64,000 nt of DNA from Tubiluchus corallicola (taxonomy: Eukaryota; Animalia; Priapulida). This document shows, piece after piece, positions 29,801-41,800 of this stretch (positions within the stretch are counted from its first letter, which is position 1; every line of letters starts with the position of its first letter). The translations under genes were made by a program, and so were the position numbers. The stretch is taken from contig JAQGDQ010000237.1 of NCBI GenBank assembly GCA_030141605.1, positions 124,001 through 188,000 of the forward strand, given 5' to 3'. The notes beneath the pieces are model-generated. The model had not been told where the DNA came from. It searched no databases and saw nothing but the letters and a program-made list of their open reading frames with translations.

Positions 29801-29990
29801 TAAATATATTACTAGATCCTCCTCCAGGAGGCTTCAAAACCCTAAAAATAGAAAATAGTTCAATTAATTGGCTAGAGGAAAGTTGCTACAGCCACTACTC
29901 CTATATTTTGTGCTTCGATTGTATCGTGTTCACAAACCTTGATGTGGTACGATCAACATCATAACCAATGCTACAACCCGTCGATGTCAT
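20871..29990 (-). CDS. JPT: Jupiter / HN1-family microtubule-associated protein, 5 exons, 189 aa
   Basis: Exons 29938-29990, 29647-29841, 24067-24143, 23300-23428 and 20871-20986; phases 2,2,1,1; total 570 nt. N-terminus MTST...SRVLKPPGGGSSNIF, internal KSNIF, YNPITG, and C-terminus RITAPPGGRSSGPLW* are Jupiter/HN1 hallmarks. Confidence 0.92.
21164..21663. mobile_element. Tc1/mariner (pogo/Tigger-like) MITE, 500 bp, in Jupiter intron 4
   Basis: TA|CAGTAAGTCCCTGCTTAAC ... GTTAAGCGAGGACTTACTG|TA: TIRs with TA target duplication. Confidence 0.85.
23497..23803. mobile_element. Tigger/pogo-like MITE, ~307 bp, in Jupiter intron 3
   Basis: TA|CAGGTAGTCGTCAACTTACGAC ... GTCGTAAGATAACGGCTACCTG|TA. 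Confidence 0.85.
25243..25285 (+). mobile_element. 5S rRNA-derived internal control region remnant (SINE3-like)
   Basis: AAAGTTCAGCATTTCTGGGCCTGGTTAGTAAATGGATGG resembles 5S box A / intermediate element / box C (GAAGCTAAGC...GGGCCTGGTTAGTACTTGGATGG). The rest of 5S is absent. Confidence 0.55.
26830..26960. repeat. Degenerate pentanucleotide repeat (AACTA/AACTC)n
   Basis: Visible 5-bp periodicity. Confidence 0.8.
28500..28690 (+). mobile_element. RTE-clade LINE 3' end fragment
   Basis: Encodes LRWFECINGRP, then in a shifted frame DLREKHINEKMAKNRNAWRRLIHNGDHA*, followed by a (GAA)n-like tail. Typical RTE C-terminus. Confidence 0.7.
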
Positions 29991-30084
29991 TTTGGAAAAC
30001 ACTCTTTAGTTTTAACTGTTGTCGTTACTACTTTTAAACGTTGAAAGCTAACTGACGCTTACAACTGAATTATTGAAGCGGCAC

Positions 30085-30093
30085 TGGCGGGAA
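30085..30093. promoter_or_regulatory. E2F-like site TGGCGGGAA in the Jupiter proximal promoter
   Basis: E2F consensus about 95 bp upstream of the ATG. Motif match only. Confidence 0.3.
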
Positions 30094-30183
30094 TAGCGCA
30101 ATAGAGTAAATCGTAAGAGTAATCGATCGTACGTCATACCACTATCAAGGACCCAAAAACGAACTTTCGTAGCACTCGCGGAG

Positions 30184-30452
30184 AACTTGCAAGGGGAGTT
30201 ATTAGTTAGCAAGTTAGTAACATTCAAATTTACCAAGGTTTTAAATTAGATTGTCTTTAAAGGCCTAATAACTAATAAGTGTTTTAAAGTTTTAGAATAC
30301 CACTGTCGAGGATTCAAACACGAAGTCCGGAGCACTCACACTCACAGACAACTTGCAAGGGGAGCTATTAGTTAGTAACTTAGTAACATTCAAATTTGGC
30401 AAGCTTTTAAATTAGATTATCTTTAAAGGCATAATAAGTGTTTATTAATTTT
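30184..30452. repeat. ~100-bp direct duplication upstream of Jupiter
   Basis: AACTTGCAAGGGGAG...TTAAATTAGATT(G/A)TCTTTAAAGGC occurs at 30184 and 30350. Confidence 0.85.
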
Positions 30453-30995
30453 AGGATGATGAATTGCTATTTTATTATATTTTATTAGTGCATGGAAAGG
30501 CATATACAAGTGAGAAAAAGAGAAAAGGAAACTTATGAGAGACAGAGTAAAGAAAAAAGACTGGCAGTTGTTGTTAGGACACAATTTGTGCAAGTCGTTC
30601 AAAAAATGATTTTGTAATTTTATAGTTAAAAAAAGAAATGCTGTTGTATCTAATATATATTGCCCTGGTGATTTTATGTAAGAGCAAGTTAGCGACCATG
30701 TGACAAATGGACAGATGCGTTAAAAGTGTAAACATGTTATATTTACATATTATAATAATGATTTTACAAAATTGTGGTTTTGCGTGTGGTTCAGCAAGTT
30801 TCAGTATGTCATTATACAGTACATTACACAAGCCATGTTATTTATGCGCAAACATTGAGATTCGATTTTGCCATGATCTATTCGAAACTTCTCTATTCCT
30901 GTGCAAGTTTTCTTTCAATACTGGTATAACCACCAGGCGGAGCAAGAACCTTGATGCTAGTGGATACACCTGACTGATGTTGAGCGAGTTATTCT

Positions 30996-33900
30996 TCAGT
31001 GCTGGTAACTATCTGGGGGAGCAAGGATTTTTGTGCTTGTGGACTGAGCAGGAATCTCGGTGTTTGTGCCCACATGTGGTGGTTCATGATGAGAAAGCTC
31101 TCTTTCAGCGCTGGTGTAACCACCGGTGGGCATCTGAACCTTCGTACTTGTAGGCATGGGTGATGGTTCAGGTTGAATAAGTTCTTTTCCGGCACTAGTG
31201 TAACCACCTGGCGGAGCCAGAATCCTTTTGCCTGTATGCATAGGTGGTGATCCAGGTCCAATAAATTGTTTTTCAGCAGTGGTATATCCACCTGGTGGAG
31301 CTAGAATCTTGGTGCTTGTATGCAAGGGTGGTGGTCCAGGTGCAATAAATTGTTTATCGGCAGTGGTATAGCCACCTGGTGGAGCCAGAATCTTTGTTCT
31401 TGTAGGCATAGGTGGTGGTCCAGGTCCAATAAATTGTTTATCGGCAGTGGTATAGCCACCTGGTGGAGCTAGGATCTTGGTAGTTGTAGGCACTTGTGGT
31501 GATTCTGGTTGAAAAAATTCTCTTTCAGCACTAGTATAACCACCCGGAGGAGCCAAAATCTTGGTGCTTGTGGGTGTTCCAGATTGAACAAGTTGTTTTT
31601 CAGCATTGCCATAACCGCCAGGAGGAGCAACCATGTTCTCACGTGGTCGTTCAAGTGCAGTACATTCTTTTTCATCACTAATGCAAGCACGTGGGCAACG
31701 AAAATCCTTGGCACTGACAGTCTCATATATTACTTTACTGTCCTCGCTTTCGTAGTCTTTCCCTGTAATGGGATTGTATGGCGCTCCTACAAAATAACAT
31801 ATGTTAAATTTATACCTGAAATTAATATAATTTATGACATACTATACATGCATCCTAAAAATGTCAGAAATATGAAACGCACTTAATTTATAAGGATTTA
31901 CACGGACTAGATACCCCATATTGTTTTCAATGGCGTTTGCAAGCAAGCTCCTCTAGCATGTTTTCTTATTTTAGTTTGTACAAAACATAATGTTTGTGGT
32001 TAACATGTCATTTACATATCATAGTAACATTCTTTGTATCTTGTACATTGTCTCATTTTTGTATTTTGCACAAGTCAAATGTTTGTCGCTACAATGAGCA
32101 ACATAAAAATATTTCCTTGGCCTATCCTTCAGTGTAATTAAACACAAATACAAAACAGATGATGTTTGTCACCTCTCATCATGCGCTCCTTGTTTATAGC
32201 AGCATGTTTACCAGTCGTAAGTACATCACGTTCAGTGCTCCTCGATTCAGAGGTAGATGAGTGGCATTCACATCTGCATTCTGCAAGGCACACACGTATA
32301 ATGAAATGGAAAAAGGGAAGTTGCAAATTAGGTTTGGACTAATTAATTAATGATTGCTGTTTTCTTATCTGGCGTCGTCGTTGCTAGCGTCTTTAAATGA
32401 CTACTACTACTACGTCGCGCATACTACTGCTGTAATCTACAAATGCACATAATTATAGACAATTATAATGTATTTCTTTGGGGCTATATTGACAGTAAAA
32501 GTAATAAGGCCATGGTTATCTTATGTTGATACTGCTTATTTTCTCATTGGCTCAGTCCATGACAAACCCATTTGCATACTGGCATATACAAGTCTGCTGA
32601 AATGTAATTGCTTTGTCGGTTCAGTAGATAAACGGATATCCAGTAGTGTACTCACAAAGCCATCGCTAAGTTAACGACGTCATTATTACATTCACTTAAC
32701 CATTAATAACGGCGTCTTTTATTACTGATGGCTTTGTGAAACTCTGCCCAGGTTTTCAATACACATTTATTTGATCAATCTAGAATTTAACCAATAGTCC
32801 AATATCACTCAGACATCTAAAGTGGTGGGAATAAACCTACCGAAGAAGTTATCAACTAGGCCTAGCTCCGTTGTAATATTCTCAAGTTTATTTATATGCA
32901 TGCTGATGTTAAATTTTTCCTTTTTTCATATAGAGTATTTAGTCTTCTGGAAACGTTTCCTTACTGGCTGAATTCCGTCCTTTTGATCTCAGAAACCAGG
33001 GTAAACTCGGTCCAAAGAATATGGCCCAAGGAGCTCGCTGATCAATCAAGGGTAGATGTTTTTATGACCCAGACCTTGAGTTTGACTATCAAAACTCAGA
33101 GAGCCAATCAAAACCGATCATCATTTGACGTGAAGGGAAGCTATTTGATTTCAGGGTGATGGAGAATTTTATTGAATGCTCGCCAGTCACCGCTTTGGTA
33201 GAAACTGTGGTAAGTGACGTCAGATTTTATGGTTCGTTTTGAGCACTGATGTCATTCATCAGTTTTGTGCAACTTCTATTGTGCTCACATGATGCAGTAG
33301 TTATTTGGAGAAGGCACGAGACTGACTTCTTGAGTTGGGGAAAAATGGCAGGAATGTTGGGGAACTTGAACGTGACGCTCTACACTACAGCATTGTGCAC
33401 GTAGTGAAGAATAATGGTAAACTCATTGTTGAGTGGACTATTATTATTATTCACTAGGTTCATTAAATTTATCATCGTTTACTAAAAGAAGCAAACAAAT
33501 GTCGTACCTCTTTTTGAGATTGGGGCTTTTGCTGATTTTTGTGTTTTTCTGGATTCTTCTCTGCAACAAACATAATTTTATCATCACTATCAATATCATC
33601 ACAAAAACATCACTGTTGCACTCATTGTAGTCATCCTCATCATTTTCACTGTCGTTGTCGCCGTCGTCATCATCATAATCGTCGTCGTTATCGTCTCATC
33701 ATCATCATGTCCATCGTGAATGAATGCGTTTGTAACTGTACGTCAATCGTATTCGTAAAGAATCAAGTAAAGTTCCAAAAAGTAGACGCACAATACCGAG
33801 TACACAAATTACAGTGTTTTTGGCTTAGTAAGTAACCAAATAAGTTTGGCAAGTAAATGTGAAATTTGTTAATTTACAATTGTGCAGTTTGTGTTGGTAA

Positions 33901-34037
33901 CAATTAATTTCACTTTTTCTTATCTAAAAAACAAACTTTATCATTGTAAATCAAAGGGGTAACGAAGCACCACATACGTCGCAACAGGAGCGCCAAGTAT
34001 ATCTGTTGTTTCTTCATCACGTGGCGGTCCCCAAGTT
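30996..34037 (-). CDS. Jupiter-like tandem paralog with expanded 28-aa PPGG repeats; at least 336 aa; first exon not identified
   Basis: Exons 33978-34037, 33508-33560, 32173-32280 and 30996-31786; introns in phases 2,1,1 as in Jupiter introns 2-4. Junction KERMMRG|APYNPITGKDY mirrors Jupiter KDRMRG|VYNPITGDAY, and both use a GTGA donor. Then about 8 repeats of TSTKILAPPGGYTxAEKxF...P. Confidence 0.8.
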
Positions 34038-34107
34038 CTGTAAGTAAAAAAAACTTTTAGTATGTGAAAAGTAAACGAATTAAACAATAGTTATGATAAT
34101 TAGAGAA

Positions 34108-34146
34108 TTATTATTATTATTATTATTATTGTTGTTATTGTTATTG

Positions 34147-34180
<34 letters not shown>

Positions 34181-34541
34181 CATTATCATTATCATTATCA
34201 TTATCATTATCATTATCATTATCATTATCATTATCATTATCATTATCATTATCATTATCATTATCATTATCATTATCATTATAATTATCATTATCATTAT
34301 CATTATCATTATCATTATAATTATCATTATCATTATCATTATCATTATCATTATCATTATCATTATCATTATCATTATCATTATCATTATCATTATCATT
34401 ATCATTATCATTATCATTATCATTATCATTATCATTATCATTATCATTATCATTATCATTATCATTATCATTATCATTATCATTATCATTATCATTATCA
34501 TTATCATTATCATTATCATTATCATTATCATTATCATTATC

Positions 34542-34616
<75 letters not shown>

Positions 34617-34732
34617 GATATATGATTCAGAGAAGGAAGAAACGTCTTGTAGTTACTGTCATTATCATTATCATTATCATTATCATTATCATTATCATTA
34701 TCATTATCATTATCATTATCATTATCATTATC

Positions 34733-34770
<38 letters not shown>

Positions 34771-34782
34771 CATTATTATTAC

Positions 34783-34831
<49 letters not shown>

Positions 34832-34871
34832 GATATATGATTCAGAGAAGGAAGAAACGTCTTGTAGTTAC
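34108..34871. repeat. Compound (ATCATT)n/(ATT)n microsatellite with a duplicated 40-bp unique tag
   Basis: Long ATCATT and ATT runs. GATATATGATTCAGAGAAGGAAGAAACGTCTTGTAGTTAC is present at both 34617 and 34832. Confidence 0.95.
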
Positions 34872-34961
34872 AAAATTTTAGCAAGTCAACGAGCTAAAAA
34901 GCAATAAAATTCTTTCACTTTGCATAACCCGAACAACGTTTATACATTATCTGTAGCATTT

Positions 34962-35557
34962 GCACAAGTAAACCCTCCACTTACATAAAGCTTAAAAAAT
35001 TCGTTTCGAAATTTTATACCACTTACATACTACATTTTGGTATGCACGGCTTGCATCGGCTGTAACGCTGTATAAAACGTGTATATTTAAACTCCCGCGA
35101 TGACCGTTAGGGGCAGCCATTTTAATGGTAGGTCGTTTGAAACAAGTTTTGATAACTTTGCGTGAAGTTTGGAAAAACAATCAGAGAGATTAAAAATACG
35201 TTTTTGCTTAGTGAGTGGCGCACCCTGGAGGGTGAGCCAGCGACATTTTACCAACTGGTACAAACATTTTGAATTATTAGTCTAGTTACATAAGTCTTTC
35301 CAGCAGGTAAGTGAAATGCTAAGTAATATAGATTTGCACGGAAAGTTTTTTGGGACATAATTTAACATTGCTGTTTCTTCTGCTGATTTACGTGTTTTAG
35401 TGACGTCATGTAATGGCGCCGTCGGAACAGAATTGCGGGAGATTTAAAATGAAAACAAACGAAAATTCCTTTCAACGCGAATGCGATATGTGCTTAAAAT
35501 TTGCTGTAAAGTAGTATAATTTTTTAAGGCGATTTTTCTCAAACCTACTTCAGGTGC
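34962..35557 (+). mobile_element. Non-autonomous DNA transposon family B (Kolobok-like), copy 1
   Basis: Collinear with the reverse complement of 41365-42020 along its length, e.g. AAACCCTCCACTTACATAAAGCTTAAA and AAGGCGATTTTTCT.AAACCTACTTCAGGT. Confidence 0.75.
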
Positions 35558-35779
35558 CCCTTTTCTTGTCCTTTAACTACCTGATTCCCCGACCCATTTT
35601 CCTATTAAAAACTTCTATAACATTTATAAACCGATCGGTAACGTCTTGTCTGCGCAGATAAGACTTTGATTTTCTCGCTACTTGGAATTTTGAGAATGTT
35701 GAAATTTTATTGTGGAAAGTATTATGTCAGAGAATAATGATTTTCTATCAACCTTTCAAAAAAGTCACGACCTAAGCAA

Positions 35780-36570
35780 AGTTTGTTCACTTTTGATCTA
35801 ATGTTTTATGATATAGTCAAAACATCAAAACTACCAAACTCTTGAACTCTTGACAGTGTTAATTTTTGATGTGCGTCTTGAATTCAAGATAGCAATGGTA
35901 ATGTCATTTTCGAAAAATGCCTAAGGTTCTAGCATTTACGAAGGATCATCTTTAAACCTTACAGGAATATACTAGAGCATCAATTGGAAGAATCGCCATT
36001 TTGAATTTAAAACGATATAATGACATCATTTTCGAAAAAGCCAAATGCTTAGCTAATTCGAAACAATTGTTGTCACGATCTGTATTTCGAGTTGAAGATG
36101 GCGGAGATAACGTAATTTTCCAAAAAAGCTTAAGACTCAGCCAATTTGCAACGAATCGTCATGAGTAGAAATGAACTAGAATGAACTGTGCATCGACTGA
36201 CAACGTCTAGTTTTTGATTAGCCATCAATGATTTCCGAATTCAAGTTAGCAACAATGACATCGTTTTTAAAAAAAGTCCATGGCTCTATCAGTTGGCAAT
36301 GGATCATCATCAAACTTAATAGGAACACACTAGAATGAAGTTTGCACTGACAGAGTCGGATATTCGGTTTGCCATCGCGAATTCAAAATGGCGGCATTGA
36401 CGTCGTTTTCTAAAAAAACCTAAAAACCAAAACGTAAGCTTAAATCTGCAAACGAACGAAGTAGAACGAATATCGCATCTCTTGGCTGAACCAGGTTTTC
36501 GAGTTCTCCAGTTCAGTGAGTCTCTCGACCAAAAATTCGAGTCGAACTAGTATCCTCGCCTAGCAAAAGG
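35780..36570. repeat. Degenerate 90-150-bp repeats containing GAATTCAAGATGGCGG..TGACGTCATTTT; possibly a non-autonomous Helitron/Helentron-type relic
   Basis: At least 5 diverged copies of the motif at ~35880, 36003, 36089, 36237 and 36379. The family assignment is a guess. Confidence 0.45.
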
Positions 36571-38893
36571 TTATGCTACACTCTGACACCAGTGTGCTAT
36601 GTACGAGAGATATTATAGAATTATATTCTATTATAATTATAGGTGTTTTTTAGACTAGAAATCATGAAAGCCCAAAGCTTCAGAAATAGTTCTGAATACT
36701 GTACTACGTTTTCTGTTCTACCAACTACCTGAAACACTCCAGGTACTTCTCGCGTTACTGAATTATTGTAATAATTTAATGACTTCGTTTAAATTCTGCA
36801 TTTTCTGGTCTTAATACTATATGTCCTCACACCACTGTTTAAAACTGTTTTGACTGTTGGCCATTTTGAAAAAAAGTAGTAAGTTTGTTGTTGCTGTCAG
36901 TTCTCTTGAGTCTGGCAGTCTACGGTAACGGTCAGTCATCTTTTAACTATACCTCTTGTGTTAGGGCCAGTTAGACTCACACCAGTCATACTATAAAATA
37001 TTTACAACTCCGTGTAAAGGTAAACTCCCATTTTCATCTATGTGATTTATAAACACTCTTATTCTTATTATTCTTATAAACAGTCTTAACCGTTAAATAT
37101 CTGATGGATTAAATGTTTGAACTAGCTGTGAATATTTGTGTGCATTCCTTCATACGTGTGAAATATGTATGGCAGCTGTCTGCGTACGGCCTGATGGCAG
37201 ATGCCATCGCTTTTCTATAATACTATGGAGGAAGCCAAACGTCTATTTCAATCAAGTCCACTCTAATGCAGACTATCCCAGTCCAATCCTGCTCAATCCT
37301 GTTGCAGAAATATTCATGAGAATTAGTAAACAAATTTACTATCATATCTTACTGAAGAATAGGTTGATTGGTTGAAAATCTTGGAGGGTTCCTGTCCATG
37401 CTAGACATTTCGATGGTCGAATTTACGTTTTCTAGTCATTCAAATGAAGGTGTTCAAGCTGCTCTGTGAAGCATCAACGTCAAAGGAATGGCGCAGCTCA
37501 TAACAGGCTAAGACACAACCTAGATTAAAGAGAATATGCCAGTACGGTATTTAAGCCATTGGTTTAAAGACGTAGTTAATTTGGTGCCAAGAACGTCAAC
37601 CTAGAAGTTTTAACATTCCGCGTTTTTCCTCATAAACCCAAAACAGTGGGGTTAAACACTTCGCGTATTTTTGAAGGCCATCATATGTGTAGGCTCTTCA
37701 TATTATTCGCAAAGTTGTCATGCTTTTCATTTCTGTCGTAATTTTTCAAAACAAAAGTAGTCTCTCAAGTTTTTATCAAACCCACTTTTGTAGTATGCCG
37801 CAAGCTATCCAAGTACTTTCAGAATTTTTTCTTGATACTGCATATATCGTTAATTTTCTTTGTTACACAAACCTTATTAATTTTTACGTCATAGTTAAGT
37901 CATTTTTTTGTTACCAATAATATTTTGCGGACACTATATTTTCTTAGTTTCATCACTTCTTACAATATTAAACATTCTTCCTACCATAACTGCTGGTGGG
38001 AATAAATTTCTCTCGTATTTCTTGTATTAATTATACAAATTAGAAGATACGTTCTGTATTGTTTTGGAAATTTCCATGCACATAATTTGGCAAACCCTGC
38101 ATGGCAACTACCGATGCAGATTTTTAATATTAATTTCGAAGACGAAGTAATGTCACATACAAAGTAGGAATCTCTTCACAATGTTGTCTTCTAGTATAGC
38201 ATTTTTATAGTATAAAATGTAAAAAAGATAAGTTATAATCAAGTAGAGTCAGAATCTATTCCGTACTATCTATGTCCTAGTAGCTGCTACAAATTTTGTA
38301 TATAAAACTTAGCTTTACGTAAGGTCAAATCTATTTCAGTCGAACCTTATTAATTTATTTGTCTTAGTTATTTAACTATCTATAATTATAATACAAAACC
38401 ATAAATTTAATTTTGGTAAAAAAAGTCCATTAAGAACTATATTGGACCGTGCTATAAGTTTGTCTATTTACAACTTATGTCTCTATAGATGCAAAACATG
38501 GTGTAATTACAATCACTACTTTGTAATTATAACACCAGCGATATATTGACAATATTATGCATAGAGATTTCAGTTACAATTGGTCACTTACCATGTGCGT
38601 CACAATGGTGCAAACAAATAACTTAAGCACAGGAATTCTGAGCCCACGTAACAATAACTCCTCAAAAGTTAAAATAAAGTCCAGCAAAGAAATTATTACT
38701 TCTGGCTGTCGTCTGTTAAAAGAGGCGCAAAGAGAAGGAAAAATAAGTAGAACTCGTCAGTACATTTGCAATAATTCTTGTTTCGCTGGTTTAACTTCAA
38801 TACTATATGAGACTTGCTGTCTGTGTGTAGTAGTTTGTTTAACCCAAAATCAGTGAAGAGCCAAGTAACATCGAAACTATACCAAGTTTGAAG

Positions 38894-41800
38894 ATGGCCG
38901 AGCAAGAGGAAGCCAATGTGACAATAACGGTGAAAGACGCTTTTGAACAAAACGGCCATCGTCCTGATTCTTCTGGCGACAATAAACGGAATGAATGCAA
39001 AGACAAGGTCATCGCTAGCGAAGCTAGTGACCCAACAGTGAATCTAACAGACGCGAAGAGGAAAAACAACGAATCAAGTAAAGTAATGGCATTGAAAGAA
39101 TCGTCAGAGAAACTTAATGCTGAAATGTCATCAAATAATGCTGTGTTGACTCCAGGCGATCATAGGGAAAAATTAATGTCTGTTAAGCAGACGTGTAACA
39201 AGGTACACAATGCAGGTAACTATTGTGACAATCAACTGCACTTAAACAGTCAGGAAACACCAATAAAACATGACGATGAGTTGGTGCTTTCGGATTGTCC
39301 TAATGCACAATTGCAAGGCATTGTTACTGAAGGAAGCACTCCTATTCGTGCACTATTTACTGAAGGTGAAAAAACAGATGATTCCAAAACAAAAACTGAC
39401 CAACCGACCAACAGCCATTCTAAGGAACAGTTCATAGAGAGACAATCGAAAGCACGAACAGACGTTTGTAAGCAATTGCCATCTATACCTTCAGAAAACA
39501 TTAACAGCGTGAAGCTTTTATCAAATTCGCCTACTTGCATCACAGAAATTTCTCTGGAAAACAGACAGGTAATTGGTGACAGCAGCAGTACAGGTGAGTG
39601 CGGCAGCTACAACTGCAATGGAAACGGTGAGTGTGAACCTAAACAAAGTTGCAAGCTTGCAAATGTCAGGGAACACGCAAGCAAAGACGAAAATGTTGCT
39701 GAAAAAACTGCCAATTCCGAACAAGACAAAACAACTTCTGCAACAGGAAAATGCCAATGCAAGGAACAGGAAATGGTAAAAAATTGTGGTAATGATGAGT
39801 CAATGAACAGCGAAGGTGTACGGAAGAAATGTCTCTTGTCTCGTCAAAAACCAGTTCAGACACAAGTGGCGAACGATGAAGTGGAAAATCCATTGTTGGA
39901 AGTTCAGAAAACGTATAAACTAGTACGTGCTCAGGATTTCCATTCTGCTGCCAAAAATGCAATAGCAGCTAGGCTCATAAAGACCCCCACTGGTTACAAA
40001 ATCTTAACCAGAGAAGGAACAACGCCATCAGAAGCAGAGTACATGAAAGTGTTTACAGCTTTTCCGAAACATGAAAACAGCAGTTATGAGACTTCGTATG
40101 TAAGTAGGCCTATCAGCAACAATGAAGCAAAAACAGAAGAAGGTTTAGATAAAAAAGAACTAGTTGCTGATGAAAAGACATGGATGAGCATCCCGGGTAA
40201 TGCAACAAATGTCAATCGATCAGATGATTTGAAAAAGAGAGAAAACACTGAGACACTATATAATGTTTCCCGTACACCCGATTTCCTTAGAACGGAAAAG
40301 GGGGCTCATTACATTGTCGGTTCCAGACAACAAGCGCAAAACTTACCTTTTAGTGCCATCTGCAGTAATTTTAAATCATCGCCAAATTACTTGGGGTGCG
40401 GGTCCCAGGTTCAGGGTTTGTCCCGAGTTGTGTTACAAAACGTCGCTCTTTCTCGCCTCCATGGCAACCAAACAAAAGCTTTCACCGATGTCAAGTCATT
40501 CTGCAATTACTTACGGTCACGCTCTTTCGCAACAACGTCATCTACTGTTGGTTGGTCGCCGTCAGCAACTTCAGTAGCCATGGCAATGGACGCAGAGAGC
40601 ACTGCCAAATCTCGTTCACCGACACCTGTGTTTGACACGCCCGGTCTTATCAGTTCTGTTCAAATTTCGGCCAACAGAATGTTGCACTTTCTGAAAAATA
40701 ATTCGGGACTTGTTTCGGAAGATGCGGACGAAGAACCTTCTAGAAATAAAGTCAAAACAGAGGAAAATGAAGCACAGCAAATCAAAAGAGTCGAAGACGA
40801 AACCGACTCAGAACATTCAGGCCAGAATTCAACCAATGTTCCTCAATCCATAGCAAAAGAAATCAAGTCAATACAAGATAAAAGACAACTGGATTGCGCT
40901 GAAATTACTGCTAAAGAAGCAAAGCTGTTGGCGGCACGCGAACAAAGCATTTCCGCTTTAAAAAAGAGGAGAACTGGCGAAAAGAAAGTGCAGCAGGCTA
41001 CAAAATCACGAATTAGAAAAAAGCTATCTCGGATAGAAGAGGACAAAGCTGCAGTTACAGCTCTTATTGAAGCTGAATTCAGCGAGCCTGGGACTGACTT
41101 GCCTGTATCAGTTGATGTTTCCCCGAGAAAAAAACAAAAGAAATCTTTAGCAAAATCTAATTTAAAGCCTAAAGAGAAAATTCGAGAAACACTTCCTTTG
41201 TTGCTAGATTCATGGGAATCGTAAGTAAAAATCACTGCCTTTAAAATTTGTTTTGCTCAGTAAACATCGTATATGATACAATCAAACCATATTAATTATG
41301 AAAAGTAAAGTCACTAGATATACAAGTCCTACCAAACCCAGTGGCCCAAAGGACAATAAATGATGTACCTGAAGTAGGTTTAAGAAAAATCGCCTTAAAA
41401 AGTTTTAATTACTTTTAGAGCAATTTTAACTGTATATTGTACTCGCTTTGAAAGGATTTTTTGTTTGTTTTCATTTTAAATCTCCCGCAATACTGTTCCA
41501 CCGCGTATTTACATTACGTTATATTAGTACAACGCAAATTAGGGGAAGAAAAGGAAATGATAAATTATGTCCCAAAAAAACTTTACATGCAAAGTTACAT
41601 TGCTTAGCATTGCGTTTACCTGCTTGAAAGACTTATGTAACTAGAAAAGAAAATTATTAATTATTTAAAATGCTTTCACGAATTGGTAAAATGTCGCTGA
41701 CTTACATCCAGGGTGCACCACTCCCTAACCAAAAACGCATTTTTAATCTTATTGACAAGGTACAGTAATTTGAAAAAATACTTAGTGACAAATACTCTGA

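Noticed and set aside
34093-34884. Poly-IM, LS and HY ORFs, and similar ones at 51424-51737, 56699-57055, 58788-59618 and 63278-63627
   Set aside because: Microsatellite translations.
36727-36990. Candidate first exons for the Jupiter paralog (MANSQNSFKQ.., MTGVSLTGPNTR)
   Set aside because: I could not join either in the required phase 2 to the exon at 34037 using a convincing donor; left unresolved.
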